In this document: positions 46,897 through 57,834 of the stretch, in pieces
Position numbering within the stretch: the first letter of the stretch is position 1
How the letters are laid out: every line of letters starts with the position of its first letter
Origin: Patescibacteria group bacterium
Lineage (GTDB): Bacteria; Patescibacteriota; UBA1384; XYA2-FULL-43-10; 1-14-0-10-43-13
Direction: 5' to 3'
Length of the DNA stretch: 64,000 nucleotides
Assembly: GCA_041649155.1 (NCBI GenBank)
Contig: JBAZNP010000001.1
Coordinates: forward strand, 238,564-302,563
Translations under genes and position numbers: made by a program
Notes under the pieces: model-generated
The model's input: only the letters and a program-made list of their open reading frames with translations
The model's database searches: none
What the model was told of the DNA's origin: nothing

Positions 46897-49035
46897 CTAC
46901 TGTGCAACTTTTTCTTTAAGTTTTTTATTTTCCAAAACCACGGTAGACTTTTTACCAAAAATCATAATAGCAGCAACGGCAATAATAAGAACAGCAATGA
47001 TGACAGCTTTCCAAATAGAATCAAGATTTACTTTGATGATAATTGGAGCAATCAATAAAGCGATGATGTTTACAACTTTAATAATTGGGTTGATAGCTGG
47101 ACCGGCAGTATCTTTGTACGGATCACCAACTGTGTCACCAGTAACAGCTGCTTGGTGAGCAAGTGAACCTTTGCCGCCAAAATTACCTTCTTCGATGTAT
47201 TTCTTAGAATTATCCCAAGCACCGCCGCCAGAAGTCATTGAAATCGCAACGAATAATCCGGTAACAATTGTACCAATCAAAAAGCCGCCAAGAGCAACCG
47301 GACCCAAGATAAAGCCAACCAATAAAGGAGCCAATACTGTCACGCTTGCAGGAAGGATCATTTCGTGAATTGCAGCTTTTGTGACAATATCAACCGCTTT
47401 TTTGTAGTCAGGAGTAGCCTTGCCTTCCATTATACCTTTGATCTCTCTGAACTGTCTTCTAACTTCCTCTACAACGGCACCACCAGCTTTACCAACAGCT
47501 TCCATGGCAAGTGATCCAAAATAGTAAGGCAAAAGTCCACCAAGAAGCAAACCTACAAGCACATAAGGATCTTTTAGATCGAAGGCAAAGATATTACCAG
47601 TAGCATGTGATAGCTTTTCTGTGTAATCTGCAAATAAAACCATTGCTGCCAAACCAGCAGAACCAATAGCATAACCCTTGGTAACAGCTTTTGTAGTGTT
47701 TCCGACTGAATCAAGAGCATCAGTGTGGACTCGAACGTCGGCTGGCATTTCCGACATTTCTGCAATACCACCGGCATTATCTACAACTGGACCGAAAGCA
47801 TCAATGGCAACAATAATTCCTGCCATTGAAAGCATACTCATAGCAGCGATTGCCACACCATAAAGACCAGCTAAGCTGTATGCAGCCAAAATACCGGCAG
47901 CAATTACCAAAACAGGCATTGCGGTTGATCTCATTGAAACAGCCAAACCAGTAATAACATTTGTACCATGTCCAGTCATAGAGCTCTGGGCAATTGATTT
48001 AACCGGAGCATATTTTTGTGAAGTAAAGTATTCAGTAATAACAACCAAAAGAGCAGTTACAGCTAAACCGATTAGAGAAGCAAAATATACGTCATTAACT
48101 TCATATGTTCCGTTTCCTTCCATCATCCAACGAGTAATGAAATAGAAAGCTCCAGCAGCCAAAACACCGGCTACAATTAAACCGCGATAAAGCGTTCCCA
48201 TGATATTTTTTGAATTCTTTCCAAGACGAACAAACCAAGTGCCGATGATCGAAGTAACAATTGATGCAGCACCTAGAACTAATGGAAATAGAACCGCATT
48301 TTCAAAATTAGCAAAGAATAAGTGGCCTAAAAGCATAGCAGCAACTGCTGTAACAGAATAAGTTTCAAAAAGATCAGCAGCCATACCAGCACAATCGCCA
48401 ACGTTATCGCCAACGTTATCAGCAATTACAGCTGGATTTCTAGGATCATCTTCTGGAATTCCAGCTTCGACTTTTCCGACCAAATCAGCACCAACGTCAG
48501 CACCTTTTGTAAAAATACCACCGCCAAGACGGGCAAAAATTGAGATCAAAGAACCACCAAAGGCAAGTCCGATTAAACTTTCAGTATCCCTGAAAATAGC
48601 ATAAAAACCAGCAACAGACAGAAGACCAAGACCTACTACAAATAACCCTGTAATAGCGCCAGACTTAAAAGCCACGTCCATTCCGGCAGGTAAACCTTTT
48701 CTGGAGGCTTCCGCAGTACGAACGTTGCCCCTAACTGACACATTCATGCCAATGTAGCCGGCAAGAGCAGAAAAAGCCGCGCCAATTAAAAACCCGAGTG
48801 CAACTTTCCAGCCAATAGCATAAAGAAGCACAACAAACAAAACGGCTGCAACGACTGCAACAGTTGAGTACTGTCTATTTAGAAAAGCTTTCGCCCCGTC
48901 TTGAATTGCCTTAGCAATATCAACCATTTTTTTGTTACCCTGAGGCTTCTTCATGACATTTGAAATCAGGATGAAACCATAGATAACAGCGAGCAGTGAA
49001 GCTCCAAGAGCAATGATGATCGAAGTGGTAAACAT
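46897..49035 (-). CDS. hppA: Membrane-bound proton/sodium-translocating pyrophosphatase
   Basis: About 16 TM helices, with [22 protein letters not shown] and other H+-PPase motifs. Start at the internal ATG 49035 ([11 protein letters not shown]) preceded by GGAG; the longer track ORF overlaps the upstream GT4 gene. Confidence 0.9.
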   Translation of the reverse strand: MFTTSIIIALGASLLAVIYGFILISNVMKKPQGNKKMVDIAKAIQDGAKAFLNRQYSTVAVVAAVLFVVLLYAIGWKVALGFLIGAAFSALAGYIGMNVSVRGNVRTAEASRKGLPAGMDVAFKSGAITGLFVVGLGLLSVAGFYAIFRDTESLIGLAFGGSLISIFARLGGGIFTKGADVGADLVGKVEAGIPEDDPRNPAVIADNVGDNVGDCAGMAADLFETYSVTAVAAMLLGHLFFANFENAVLFPLVLGAASIVTSIIGTWFVRLGKNSKNIMGTLYRGLIVAGVLAAGAFYFITRWMMEGNGTYEVNDVYFASLIGLAVTALLVVITEYFTSQKYAPVKSIAQSSMTGHGTNVITGLAVSMRSTAMPVLVIAAGILAAYSLAGLYGVAIAAMSMLSMAGIIVAIDAFGPVVDNAGGIAEMSEMPADVRVHTDALDSVGNTTKAVTKGYAIGSAGLAAMVLFADYTEKLSHATGNIFAFDLKDPYVLVGLLLGGLLPYYFGSLAMEAVGKAGGAVVEEVRRQFREIKGIMEGKATPDYKKAVDIVTKAAIHEMILPASVTVLAPLLVGFILGPVALGGFLIGTIVTGLFVAISMTSGGGAWDNSKKYIEEGNFGGKGSLAHQAAVTGDTVGDPYKDTAGPAINPIIKVVNIIALLIAPIIIKVNLDSIWKAVIIAVLIIAVAAIMIFGKKSTVVLENKKLKEKVAQ

Positions 49036-49099
49036 AGAAAACTCCGTTTTTAATTGAAAATTTAATGTTAATTTATCATAACCAAGCTTGCAATTCAAC

Positions 49100-50341
49100 C
49101 TATTGACCAAGAACCTCTTTATAAACTCCCAGTGTCTTTTTTGCCGTGTCATCCCAAGAATATTTTCTCACTTGTTCTAATCCGGCAGGAATCATTTCTT
49201 TTCGCAGGCCTTCATCTGTAATGATTTTTTCCATTGCTTTGGCCATGTCGTCTGTATCATAAGGATCGAAATATAACGGTACGTCACCTAAAATTTCCGG
49301 CATACAAGATTCTTTTGAAGAGATAACGGGCGTTCCGCAAGCCATAGCCTCAAGAGGCGGAAGACCAAATCCCTCGGAGAGCGAGGGTATGATATATGCC
49401 GATGCTCCGGCATAGGCCAATGGCAATTCTTCCTCTAGCACAAATCCAGTAGTAACCACGGCCTTTCTTCTCAATGATTTGTTAAGATCCTCAATTCTCC
49501 TCAATACTTCTGGCTCATCCTTATCAATCTTTCCAGCCATAACCAACTGAACTTTTCTATCTTTGATTTCCCCTTTCGTTGCCGCTTTCTCAAATGCCTC
49601 AAGCATTCTGAGTAAATTTTTGTGTCTCTTCCACATTCCAGTGTAGAGGATGTATTGGTCTAAAATTTTGTATTTTCTTTTAAAGCTTTCAATTTTTGAG
49701 TTCTTATTCCTAACCTGAAGATCATATTTACTATCTGTTCCTAAATAAGTGACTATGATTTTATCTTTGGGAGTACCATAATACTCAATTATTTCTTTTT
49801 TTGATGTTTCCGAGACAGTTAGAATCTTGGCTGAATTTTTTGCAGCTGCCGCCATCACTTTATTAAAAGCAATTACTTTGATTTGATTTTGGCGATGTAA
49901 ATGCCCAAACAATGTTAAATCATGAACAGTAACAATAAATTTTCCTTTATACAAAACAGGGTGATTAAATTGGGCAAAATGAATTAAATCAAACTTCTTT
50001 TCTTTCAAATATTTATACAGCTTGGTCTGCTCTTTAAGACTATAATGCTTAATATCAATAATTTCTAAATCTAAGTTTTTATATTTAGATTTGCAATTCT
50101 CAATGAGTTTTTGCAGCTTTAATTTCTCCTGATTTTTCTGGGCCTTAAAATCCATAATCTCCGGTTCATAAGCTGGAATTTTAAAAAATTCCGCAAAAAC
50201 ATCAGCCCCGCAAGGACGAATTAGTAGTGTGTATTCATTTTCCTGGTCCGATTTAATAATGCGGCTCAATATCTCAAGCGTGTACCTTGATACTGATTCG
50301 CCAACTCCGACAAACCGTCCATCAATTAAGATTTTTGCCAT
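49100..50341 (-). CDS. Glycosyltransferase family 4 (GT-B)
   Basis: C-terminal [20 protein letters not shown] motif (the E-X7-E region) typical of GT4. Confidence 0.85.
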   Translation of the reverse strand: MAKILIDGRFVGVGESVSRYTLEILSRIIKSDQENEYTLLIRPCGADVFAEFFKIPAYEPEIMDFKAQKNQEKLKLQKLIENCKSKYKNLDLEIIDIKHYSLKEQTKLYKYLKEKKFDLIHFAQFNHPVLYKGKFIVTVHDLTLFGHLHRQNQIKVIAFNKVMAAAAKNSAKILTVSETSKKEIIEYYGTPKDKIIVTYLGTDSKYDLQVRNKNSKIESFKRKYKILDQYILYTGMWKRHKNLLRMLEAFEKAATKGEIKDRKVQLVMAGKIDKDEPEVLRRIEDLNKSLRRKAVVTTGFVLEEELPLAYAGASAYIIPSLSEGFGLPPLEAMACGTPVISSKESCMPEILGDVPLYFDPYDTDDMAKAMEKIITDEGLRKEMIPAGLEQVRKYSWDDTAKKTLGVYKEVLGQ

Positions 50342-51563
50342 TTTTTTCTCCTATTGCTAATCCACTCATTAATATCAGTAAATATAATCCCGCCTGACCA
50401 GTATAAATATTTATAAATAATCCAGCAAGCAAAAAACTCATCAGCAAAGAAAACTCTGCTCTGTCCTCTTTAATATTTTTCTTATTATATATAATATAGC
50501 CCAAAATAACTAAAAAAATTAGAAACAAAGATAGCCCGATCAGGCCAGTCTCTTCGAACATATCGAAATAAATATTTTCAGTCCAGTGGTTTGGCCCCCC
50601 ATCAATTCTATTTTGAGAAGATGGCCCAGCCGTGCCCATTCCACGTCCCAAAATACCGATTTCATACCGTTGATCCCATACTCTTCGATATTGTTCAACC
50701 CTTTCGGTCGAAGAAGCGCCGTGAGTTATTAGCGAATTAAAAGAAACTGATTGATATCCGAACCAGAAAACCAAGGATATTAAAAACACGAAAGAGGCAA
50801 ACCAACTCGATGCGGCAAAAGATCCAAATCGCTTTTTTAAGTAATAGAATATTAGTAATAAGAATAATGCCAATAACCCAATCCATGAACTTCTGGAAAA
50901 AGTTAAAACCAAAGCTGCAATAAATAACGGGCAGAACCATAAAAAATTTTTATTTAAATAAGCGCTAGCGAATACCAAAAAAGAGACAATCGAAAGGAGA
51001 TACAATCCAAGGGCATTCGGACCAGCTAAGACTGATTGGAGTCTAGTAAATTCTCCTCCGACAGCATGAATTGTATTAAGCGATCCTTCGCTTGATATTT
51101 CAGAGATTAGAGGTATTTTAAATTTAAAAAATTCCAAAATAGTTAATGTAAGCACTATTAATGAACTTAGAAATACAGACCAGTAAATATTTTTGCGTTG
51201 ATTTTTCGAAAAATCAAATAGTTGCAAAGAAATTAAGAGTAAAACCGGAACAAACGTAAATCTGAAACCTCTGAGCCATTGTAATGCACTTGCTTCTTTC
51301 CAAAAAAATGTCAGGAGTCCCCATAATATGAAAAGCGAGGAAATAAAAATTAAATTCTTGTTATTAATTTTTTCCCTTGTAAATAAAATCGCTGCGAGAC
51401 CTAAAAGGAATAAAAATATCACAAGCACATCCCTAACTAAGCTTAGGGATGGCTTGCCCGTAATGCTCACCAACCAGGAGCTAAATGGAAGAAAAAAGAA
51501 TAGCGCTATGAGTACAAATGTGGCCAAGCTAGTTGTTGATTTCTTTAGTTTCATTTTTACCAC
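50322..51563 (-). CDS. O-antigen ligase / Wzy-like polytopic membrane protein, paralogue 1
   Basis: 413 aa, at least 10 TM helices, a large external loop near the C-terminal third as in the Wzy_C domain. Confidence 0.55.
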   Translation of the reverse strand: MVKMKLKKSTTSLATFVLIALFFFLPFSSWLVSITGKPSLSLVRDVLVIFLFLLGLAAILFTREKINNKNLIFISSLFILWGLLTFFWKEASALQWLRGFRFTFVPVLLLISLQLFDFSKNQRKNIYWSVFLSSLIVLTLTILEFFKFKIPLISEISSEGSLNTIHAVGGEFTRLQSVLAGPNALGLYLLSIVSFLVFASAYLNKNFLWFCPLFIAALVLTFSRSSWIGLLALFLLLIFYYLKKRFGSFAASSWFASFVFLISLVFWFGYQSVSFNSLITHGASSTERVEQYRRVWDQRYEIGILGRGMGTAGPSSQNRIDGGPNHWTENIYFDMFEETGLIGLSLFLIFLVILGYIIYNKKNIKEDRAEFSLLMSFLLAGLFINIYTGQAGLYLLILMSGLAIGEKNGKNLN

Positions 51564-52767
51564 TAATAATAATTGAAAAAGCGAAAATCAACCAAAAGAT
51601 AGCCGAGAGATCATTTTTAAAATAAGTTGTATCAAAAAGTCCATGAACCATTATCGCCGTCATGGCAGCCAAAATTGTTGCTTTGATTTTTAAATCAGAA
51701 GAAAAAGCATTTTTTAAAAAATCTATTAAAATCACAACAAACAGTAGTAGTCCCAAAATCCCCAGATTGAGCCAAATCGCCAAGAGCAAATTGTGAGGAT
51801 GCAATGCATAAGGCAAAATAAAATACTTAAAGTAAGAGTCATTTACCGAAATTTGAGCTATCGCACTCTGAAAACCACCCAAACCAACTCCATTAACCAG
51901 ATGGTTTTTCAATAGTTGAACAGAATATTTGTAAATTTCTTTTCTTGATTCGTTGCTTCCCGATAAATCAACCAAATGAGAAACTATATAAAAATAGAGA
52001 TAATTTCCGACAAACAAACAGGCAGCAATTAAAGTAGCAAAGACGGGACGTCGGTCCCTACTTTTTTGCTTGTTAATGTATGTATAATTTAAATAAACCA
52101 ACATTCCGATTATAAAGGCCCATAAGCCACCTTTTGATTTTGAAAAACAAAGGGCGACTATCGGAAACAGTGAAAGCAAAAGAAATAATACTTTTTCATA
52201 CTTTTTCTTGAGAGTGCCCCAGATTGATAATGACAGAAAAAACACAGGCACAATGAACATAGCCAAGAAATTTGGTGATTCAAAAGGTCCAAATACACGT
52301 TTATCGTTCATGTATGGCAGAAAAGTAGCGTCACCCGACTGATAGAACAAAGTACCAATAATATCAAAACGTTGAAGTATAGCCCAGAATGAAACTATTA
52401 TTAACGATGCAAAAAGTGGAACACAAAGTCTCAGAAGTTCATTTCTTTTAAAGTTATTAATAATAAGCCAATAAAAAACTACCGGCGCAAAAAACCAACC
52501 TTTAAATATTCCCAAGGCAGTCGTTTTGTCGGGAGAAAAATAAACTGAGATTAAAGCGATAATCAAAAGAAGAGAAGGCCAAACCGAACCATAGATTACT
52601 TTCTTCTTTTCTTTTATTAGAAGTACTATAAATGATAAAAATGAGAGCAAAATGGCAATTTCAAAAACATTGGTCTTAATCCCCAAAACTGAAAAACGAA
52701 AAAAATAAAAGGGAATCAAGAAAACAGATGCTGCTATTAAATATTTATTTATCTTTTGGATAGTCAT
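51529..52767 (-). CDS. O-antigen ligase / Wzy-like polytopic membrane protein, paralogue 2
   Basis: 412 aa, same architecture as paralogue 1. The three genes are arranged head-to-tail and overlap. Confidence 0.55.
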   Translation of the reverse strand: MTIQKINKYLIAASVFLIPFYFFRFSVLGIKTNVFEIAILLSFLSFIVLLIKEKKKVIYGSVWPSLLLIIALISVYFSPDKTTALGIFKGWFFAPVVFYWLIINNFKRNELLRLCVPLFASLIIVSFWAILQRFDIIGTLFYQSGDATFLPYMNDKRVFGPFESPNFLAMFIVPVFFLSLSIWGTLKKKYEKVLFLLLSLFPIVALCFSKSKGGLWAFIIGMLVYLNYTYINKQKSRDRRPVFATLIAACLFVGNYLYFYIVSHLVDLSGSNESRKEIYKYSVQLLKNHLVNGVGLGGFQSAIAQISVNDSYFKYFILPYALHPHNLLLAIWLNLGILGLLLFVVILIDFLKNAFSSDLKIKATILAAMTAIMVHGLFDTTYFKNDLSAIFWLIFAFSIIISGKNETKEINN

Positions 52768-54058
52768 TGGATTGATTTGGCTTATTATCAGCTAAAGCAG
52801 TTGATATTAGGACCAGAAAAGGGAGCAAGATTAAAATATATAGCAATGTATTATTAAAGAAAGAACCGGCAATCCAAGCTACAAGGAATGATAGAAGCGA
52901 CCATGCTAACCAATCTTTCTTTTCCTTAAACTTAAGGAAAAGCTTGAAACCAAGACTGGTAAAGAATGATAAGAATAAAACTAAACCGACAATTCCTGTA
53001 GTGGCAAAAATATTTAAAAGAGAACTGTCTGAACCCTGACTAGACATACCAGTTAAAGATTTGTCTTTCGACAATCCAGAATTTGTCAAAGCTGTTCCGT
53101 ACGCATTATATCCAACCCCATATAACCAATGATTAGTTGCTAGCTTTAGTCCTCTTTTTAAAGACTCCCCTCTAGCTGCGGCGCTGGGATCAAAATCACT
53201 ATCCTGTGTTGTTGAAGTGGAGGAAGATTGAAATATACTTCCACTCTGAGCAATTCTGCTTCCTAATCTTGTTGGTACGAATACCATAATAATAAAAATT
53301 GCTAACACACCCAATGCCAACTTCCAGTTTTTTCTATAAGCGACTAAAGGAAGGGCAATTGCCCCTTGCGCCCAAGCACTTCTTGAGTATGTAAAATACA
53401 ATGCAATCCAGCTTAAAATGAAAAACGCAATTAGAATATTTTTTAACTTCCGGTTAGAACTCCCCAATCCAACTCCCAATAACACTGATAATAAAAGCAC
53501 AAGAAAGGCACCTAAATAGTTGGGATCAAAAAAAGTGGAAAGCATTCTACCTTGATGGGGATCCCAGCCAAAAAGAGCCATAAAACTAAAATCAGGAACA
53601 AAAATGAGTTGAAGATACCCAAAAACTAGTATTACTGCTGACCAGATTAAAAAGTTTTCTAAAAACTTCGCTGTTTCAATTATCCTCTCTTTTAAGAGAT
53701 AAAACATTACCGTGACATTAAATACTAATATAGAAAGCCTTGCCCAATAAGAAAAAGCATTTAATATCTGTCCAGAGGAATAAGCAGCACTATTGATAGC
53801 CAAAGAAATCACAGCCCAAACTAAAAATATAATCAATATTCTCCAAGGGAGACATTTCCATATTTTTTTTAAATAATCTATTAAATTCTTTGTTGACAAT
53901 AAGTAACTAAAAAATATAATTGAAAAGATAATCAACAAACAATCAACCGCTAGTAAGGTTACTCTTGGGCTTTCTGAGACATTAAATCTTACTGCCTGAC
54001 CAGCAGCTACTGAAACGAATAAGAGAAGGGGCGTTAGAAATGATAGAATTTTTTTCAT
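52745..54058 (-). CDS. O-antigen ligase / Wzy-like polytopic membrane protein, paralogue 3
   Basis: Same architecture. Probable start at the internal ATG 54058 (MKKILSFLTPLLLF); the first 27 codons of the track ORF look like spurious extension. Confidence 0.5.
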   Translation of the reverse strand: MKKILSFLTPLLLFVSVAAGQAVRFNVSESPRVTLLAVDCLLIIFSIIFFSYLLSTKNLIDYLKKIWKCLPWRILIIFLVWAVISLAINSAAYSSGQILNAFSYWARLSILVFNVTVMFYLLKERIIETAKFLENFLIWSAVILVFGYLQLIFVPDFSFMALFGWDPHQGRMLSTFFDPNYLGAFLVLLLSVLLGVGLGSSNRKLKNILIAFFILSWIALYFTYSRSAWAQGAIALPLVAYRKNWKLALGVLAIFIIMVFVPTRLGSRIAQSGSIFQSSSTSTTQDSDFDPSAAARGESLKRGLKLATNHWLYGVGYNAYGTALTNSGLSKDKSLTGMSSQGSDSSLLNIFATTGIVGLVLFLSFFTSLGFKLFLKFKEKKDWLAWSLLSFLVAWIAGSFFNNTLLYILILLPFLVLISTALADNKPNQSNDYPKDK

Positions 54059-54177
54059 TTTGCTTAATTTTTTACACAGTTTAAGTTTATAAAAATAACT
54101 TACCATAACTAATATTTTCTTTCCAGAACAAACGACCATCTGGCATTTATTTAATTTTTTGTGCTATTATTTAAACA

Positions 54178-54666
54178 ATGAACATAAAAGATAAAAAAAT
54201 AGTTTTTGTTATTTTTCTTATTTTGTTAGCTATTGCAGTTATTTCAGTCTTAGTTATTTATTTTCCAATGAAAAATAAGGTGAAGGCTCCAATCAGTTCA
54301 GGCGATAGCACACTGGAATCTCAATCAAACTCTAATTCAAGTACTCAATTTGATGCTAAAAGTGAAGTAAATGATCCTAACCAAAATATTAGCAAGCCCG
54401 CTTCATCAAATAGTGCGGAAAATTATTACAATGAAGGACTAAAGGATATTGCAAATAAAGATTATAGCGAAGCAATATTTAATTTTTCCAAAGCGATCGA
54501 ACTCGACCCCAAACAGGAAAACTACTACAGCAAAAAAGCTGAAGCACAAGTCTTAGCTGGAGATAAAAACGGAGCCATAGCAACAGTTCAAACAGGACTA
54601 AAAGCATTACCGGACGATCAATTACTTTTGAATAAATTGGATATAATTAATGCAACGGTAAAATGA
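54178..54666 (+). CDS. TPR-repeat protein with N-terminal membrane anchor
   Basis: TM helix, then about three TPR-like repeats (YNEGLKDIANKDYSEAIFNFSKAIELDP...). Confidence 0.5.
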   Translation: MNIKDKKIVFVIFLILLAIAVISVLVIYFPMKNKVKAPISSGDSTLESQSNSNSSTQFDAKSEVNDPNQNISKPASSNSAENYYNEGLKDIANKDYSEAIFNFSKAIELDPKQENYYSKKAEAQVLAGDKNGAIATVQTGLKALPDDQLLLNKLDIINATVK

Positions 54667-56276
54667 TGATAAAAAAAACAATTTCAATTTTATTAATGGT
54701 CGGACTGTTTGCATCTTTTTTGCCTAACTCGTTAACAAATAAGGCAAATGCGTCTGATCGGACAGTCAGTGAATTTATGGCTGGTCAATACTATAACAGC
54801 GTTATTCCTGACTATGATTTTGTAGACATCAATTCTCTTGGTGTGTCTGATATACAAAGAGTTCTAGTGGATAATAACTCTTTTCTTAAAGACTATCATG
54901 ATAACTCAGCTACAGGTGCAGGAAGAAGCGCAGCTCAAATAATTTATGATGCGTCACATGCAAGCTACGATGCCGCGGCCGGTAGCATCAATGGCATTAC
55001 AATCAACACTTCCACCGGTACAATCAGCCCCAAAGTTCTTCTTGTTATGCTTCAGAAAGAACAAAGTTTGGTATCGATGCAGGCGCAAAATGATACAGCT
55101 TTAAACAGAGCCATGGGATATCAATGTCCCGATGGTGGCGGCTGTGATCCAGCCTATGCTGGTTTTGCCATGCAAGTCGGTTGGGCCGCCTGGCAATTGA
55201 GATATAACTATGAATATGCTGCTCGCGGTATTAAAAATCCAGGCTTCACCATCCACTATGTTAAAAACGAGGGCACAACACTAAGCGATTACACAGGAGC
55301 TTATGATGTAATAATGCTAAACAACGCAACTGCCGCACTTTACAGTTATACACCTCATGTATTCGACAGTGCTTATAATTTCTGGAAAATTTTCTACCGC
55401 TTGTTTACAGCAGCTACGCTACCAAACGATACCCCTCCGCCGTACGATGGCAATGGAACACAGATCTTTTATAGAACTCATGTGCAAAATATCGGTTGGA
55501 CGGACTGGAAAGGAAACGGGGAGACTTCGGGAACTACTGGTCTGGGACTAAGGGTTGAAGCTATTCAGATGGCACTGGTTGGAAATCCAAGTCTTGGCTT
55601 CGAGTTTCGCGCACATATACAAAATAGAGGGTGGTCTGAATGGATGAGTAATAGCGGCATTATTGGCACAACTGGTTTGGATTTACGAATTGAGGCAATA
55701 GAAGCTAGAATTACTAATTCTAACGATTATAATGTTTACTATCAAACCCATGTTGAAGAACATGGCTGGATGGAGGCAACACACGATGCCAACATGGCAG
55801 GAACAACTGGACAAAACCTAAGAATTGAGGCAATAAAAATGGAGGTTAATAGAAGATACACCGTTAATCCCCTTGCATTAGAACTCAATGCTAGAGCCCA
55901 TGTACAAAATGTTGGGTGGACCAGCTTGGTTGGCCAAAATAAGTTACTCGGAACGTCTGGAAGAGGTTTAAGACTGGAAGCTATTCAATTATCATTGGCT
56001 AACGCTCCAGCGGGTACATCTATTTTATACAGAGTCCATGTACAGAATATAGGCTGGATGGATTGGGCGAGAGATGGTCAAACAGCAGGAACAGAAGGCC
56101 AATCCTTGAGAATTGAGGCAATTGAAATCAGAGTAGAAGGACCTCAAACTATCCATGTATTTTATGATGGACATGTACAAAATATTGGTTGGATGAACCA
56201 ATATTATGACGGCAATGCTATTGGAACAGCTGGACAAGGCCTAAGGTTGGAAGCATTGGTACTAAATTTCCGATAA
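54663..56276 (+). CDS. Secreted protein with six C-terminal ChW (clostridial hydrophobic-W) repeats
   Basis: Signal peptide, an unassigned N-terminal domain of about 230 aa, then six repeats of about 50 aa, each like YRTHVQNIGWTDW..G...GTTG..LRLEAI.I. This matches the ChW repeat consensus with its invariant GW. Confidence 0.6.
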   Translation: MMIKKTISILLMVGLFASFLPNSLTNKANASDRTVSEFMAGQYYNSVIPDYDFVDINSLGVSDIQRVLVDNNSFLKDYHDNSATGAGRSAAQIIYDASHASYDAAAGSINGITINTSTGTISPKVLLVMLQKEQSLVSMQAQNDTALNRAMGYQCPDGGGCDPAYAGFAMQVGWAAWQLRYNYEYAARGIKNPGFTIHYVKNEGTTLSDYTGAYDVIMLNNATAALYSYTPHVFDSAYNFWKIFYRLFTAATLPNDTPPPYDGNGTQIFYRTHVQNIGWTDWKGNGETSGTTGLGLRVEAIQMALVGNPSLGFEFRAHIQNRGWSEWMSNSGIIGTTGLDLRIEAIEARITNSNDYNVYYQTHVEEHGWMEATHDANMAGTTGQNLRIEAIKMEVNRRYTVNPLALELNARAHVQNVGWTSLVGQNKLLGTSGRGLRLEAIQLSLANAPAGTSILYRVHVQNIGWMDWARDGQTAGTEGQSLRIEAIEIRVEGPQTIHVFYDGHVQNIGWMNQYYDGNAIGTAGQGLRLEALVLNFR

Positions 56277-56511
56277 TAACTCCGATAAAAATATTGAGAA
56301 TTATTTCCTCATTTTTATTATTAATAACATTTACTTTATTGCTAATAAAAAAAACTGCAGAATTGATCTAGAGAAAATCAGATAATGAATAGCAATCCCA
56401 AACTGCATTTTGATTTGTCCAAGCATTATTCGTTTTCTTTATATTTTAACTATGCTTTGCTATATTAATGCAAGTAAGTGCTTGTTTTAATCTTAACAAT
56501 CCAGTAAACAA

Positions 56512-57834
56512 ATGAATCAAAAAAAAATCAGTGTTGCCTTAGTTTCGAACGATAAAATCGGTAAAATGATGGCTGGTCCGGGAATTAGGTACTTCGAGCT
56601 AGCCAAAACTTTTTCCAAATTTTTTAAAGTTACGCTTTTTGTACCTGATAACTGTGATATTTCTTCGGCTGATTTTAAAATAATAGTCTATAATTCAAAG
56701 AAACAAAGCTCCTCTATCGCAAACTCACTTCTAGGCATAGATGTTATCTTGGCTCAAAGCCTACGTCCTCCACTTTTGCGGGTCATTAATAATAAAAAAA
56801 TTAAGTTCATTGCCGATTTATACGACCCGTTGATTATTGAAATGCTTGAATATACCAAGCTTGATCCTGAAAGAATCCGAAAGAATATTTACGACTTTAA
56901 CTATCATACATTGTTGCTCCAGTTAAACACTGCTGACCATATTTTATGCTCTTCCGAGAAACAGAAGGACTTATACATCGGACTTTTATCCCGCGAGAAA
57001 AGAGTCACCCCTAACGAATATTCAGAATCTCCAGATTTAAAAAACTTAATTTCGATCCTGCCATTCGGCACCCCTTGTAAAAAATTCGAAAAAATAAATG
57101 CTGATTCGTTGGAAAATAAATTTCCTCAGATTAAAAGAACTGACACATTGATTTATTGGGGAGGAGGAATTTGGAACTGGTTTGATCCAATTACTGTCGT
57201 TAAGGCGATTGAAAATATTTCCAAGAAAAGAAAGGATATTAAGCTGTTATTTCTAGGAACAGCCCATCCTAACCCAAAAATCAAAACAATGGAAATGGTT
57301 CAAAGAACGGTTGACTTCTGTAAAGAGAAAGACCTCCTAGATAAAGTTGTTTTTTTCAATTTCGGCTGGACTCCTTATGAAGAGAGAGTTAAATATTTAT
57401 CAAGAGCCGATATTGCCATTTCAACTCATTTTAAAAATTTGGAAACTCGGTTTTCATTCAGAACCAGAATCTTAGATTATTTGTGGGCATCCATACCAAT
57501 GATCGTCACAAAAGGAGATGTTCTCTCTGAGTTCATTAATGACAAAAATCTCGGAAAAGTCGTTGGATACGAAAGCGTTAATGAGATAGAAGAGGCAATT
57601 TTACAATTAGCAGATGAAAAAATAGAAGTTCAAAGAATCAAAAAAAATATTGAAAAAATCAACACTGGCCTTTCTTGGGATAACGCTGCATCAAGCACAA
57701 TTTCAGTTATAAGCAATAACCTATTTAATATTCATAAGATTAATTGGCTAAAATTTGTGTGGCTATCTTTCAATTTTTACCTCAGCGGCTCGAAAAAAAA
57801 ATTAATGAGAAGAATTAATGAGCAAAGAAAGTAA
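56512..57834 (+). CDS. Putative GT-B fold glycosyltransferase
   Basis: 440 aa, two Rossmann-like halves, located in the glycan cluster. No diagnostic motif identified. Confidence 0.4.
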   Translation: MNQKKISVALVSNDKIGKMMAGPGIRYFELAKTFSKFFKVTLFVPDNCDISSADFKIIVYNSKKQSSSIANSLLGIDVILAQSLRPPLLRVINNKKIKFIADLYDPLIIEMLEYTKLDPERIRKNIYDFNYHTLLLQLNTADHILCSSEKQKDLYIGLLSREKRVTPNEYSESPDLKNLISILPFGTPCKKFEKINADSLENKFPQIKRTDTLIYWGGGIWNWFDPITVVKAIENISKKRKDIKLLFLGTAHPNPKIKTMEMVQRTVDFCKEKDLLDKVVFFNFGWTPYEERVKYLSRADIAISTHFKNLETRFSFRTRILDYLWASIPMIVTKGDVLSEFINDKNLGKVVGYESVNEIEEAILQLADEKIEVQRIKKNIEKINTGLSWDNAASSTISVISNNLFNIHKINWLKFVWLSFNFYLSGSKKKLMRRINEQRK

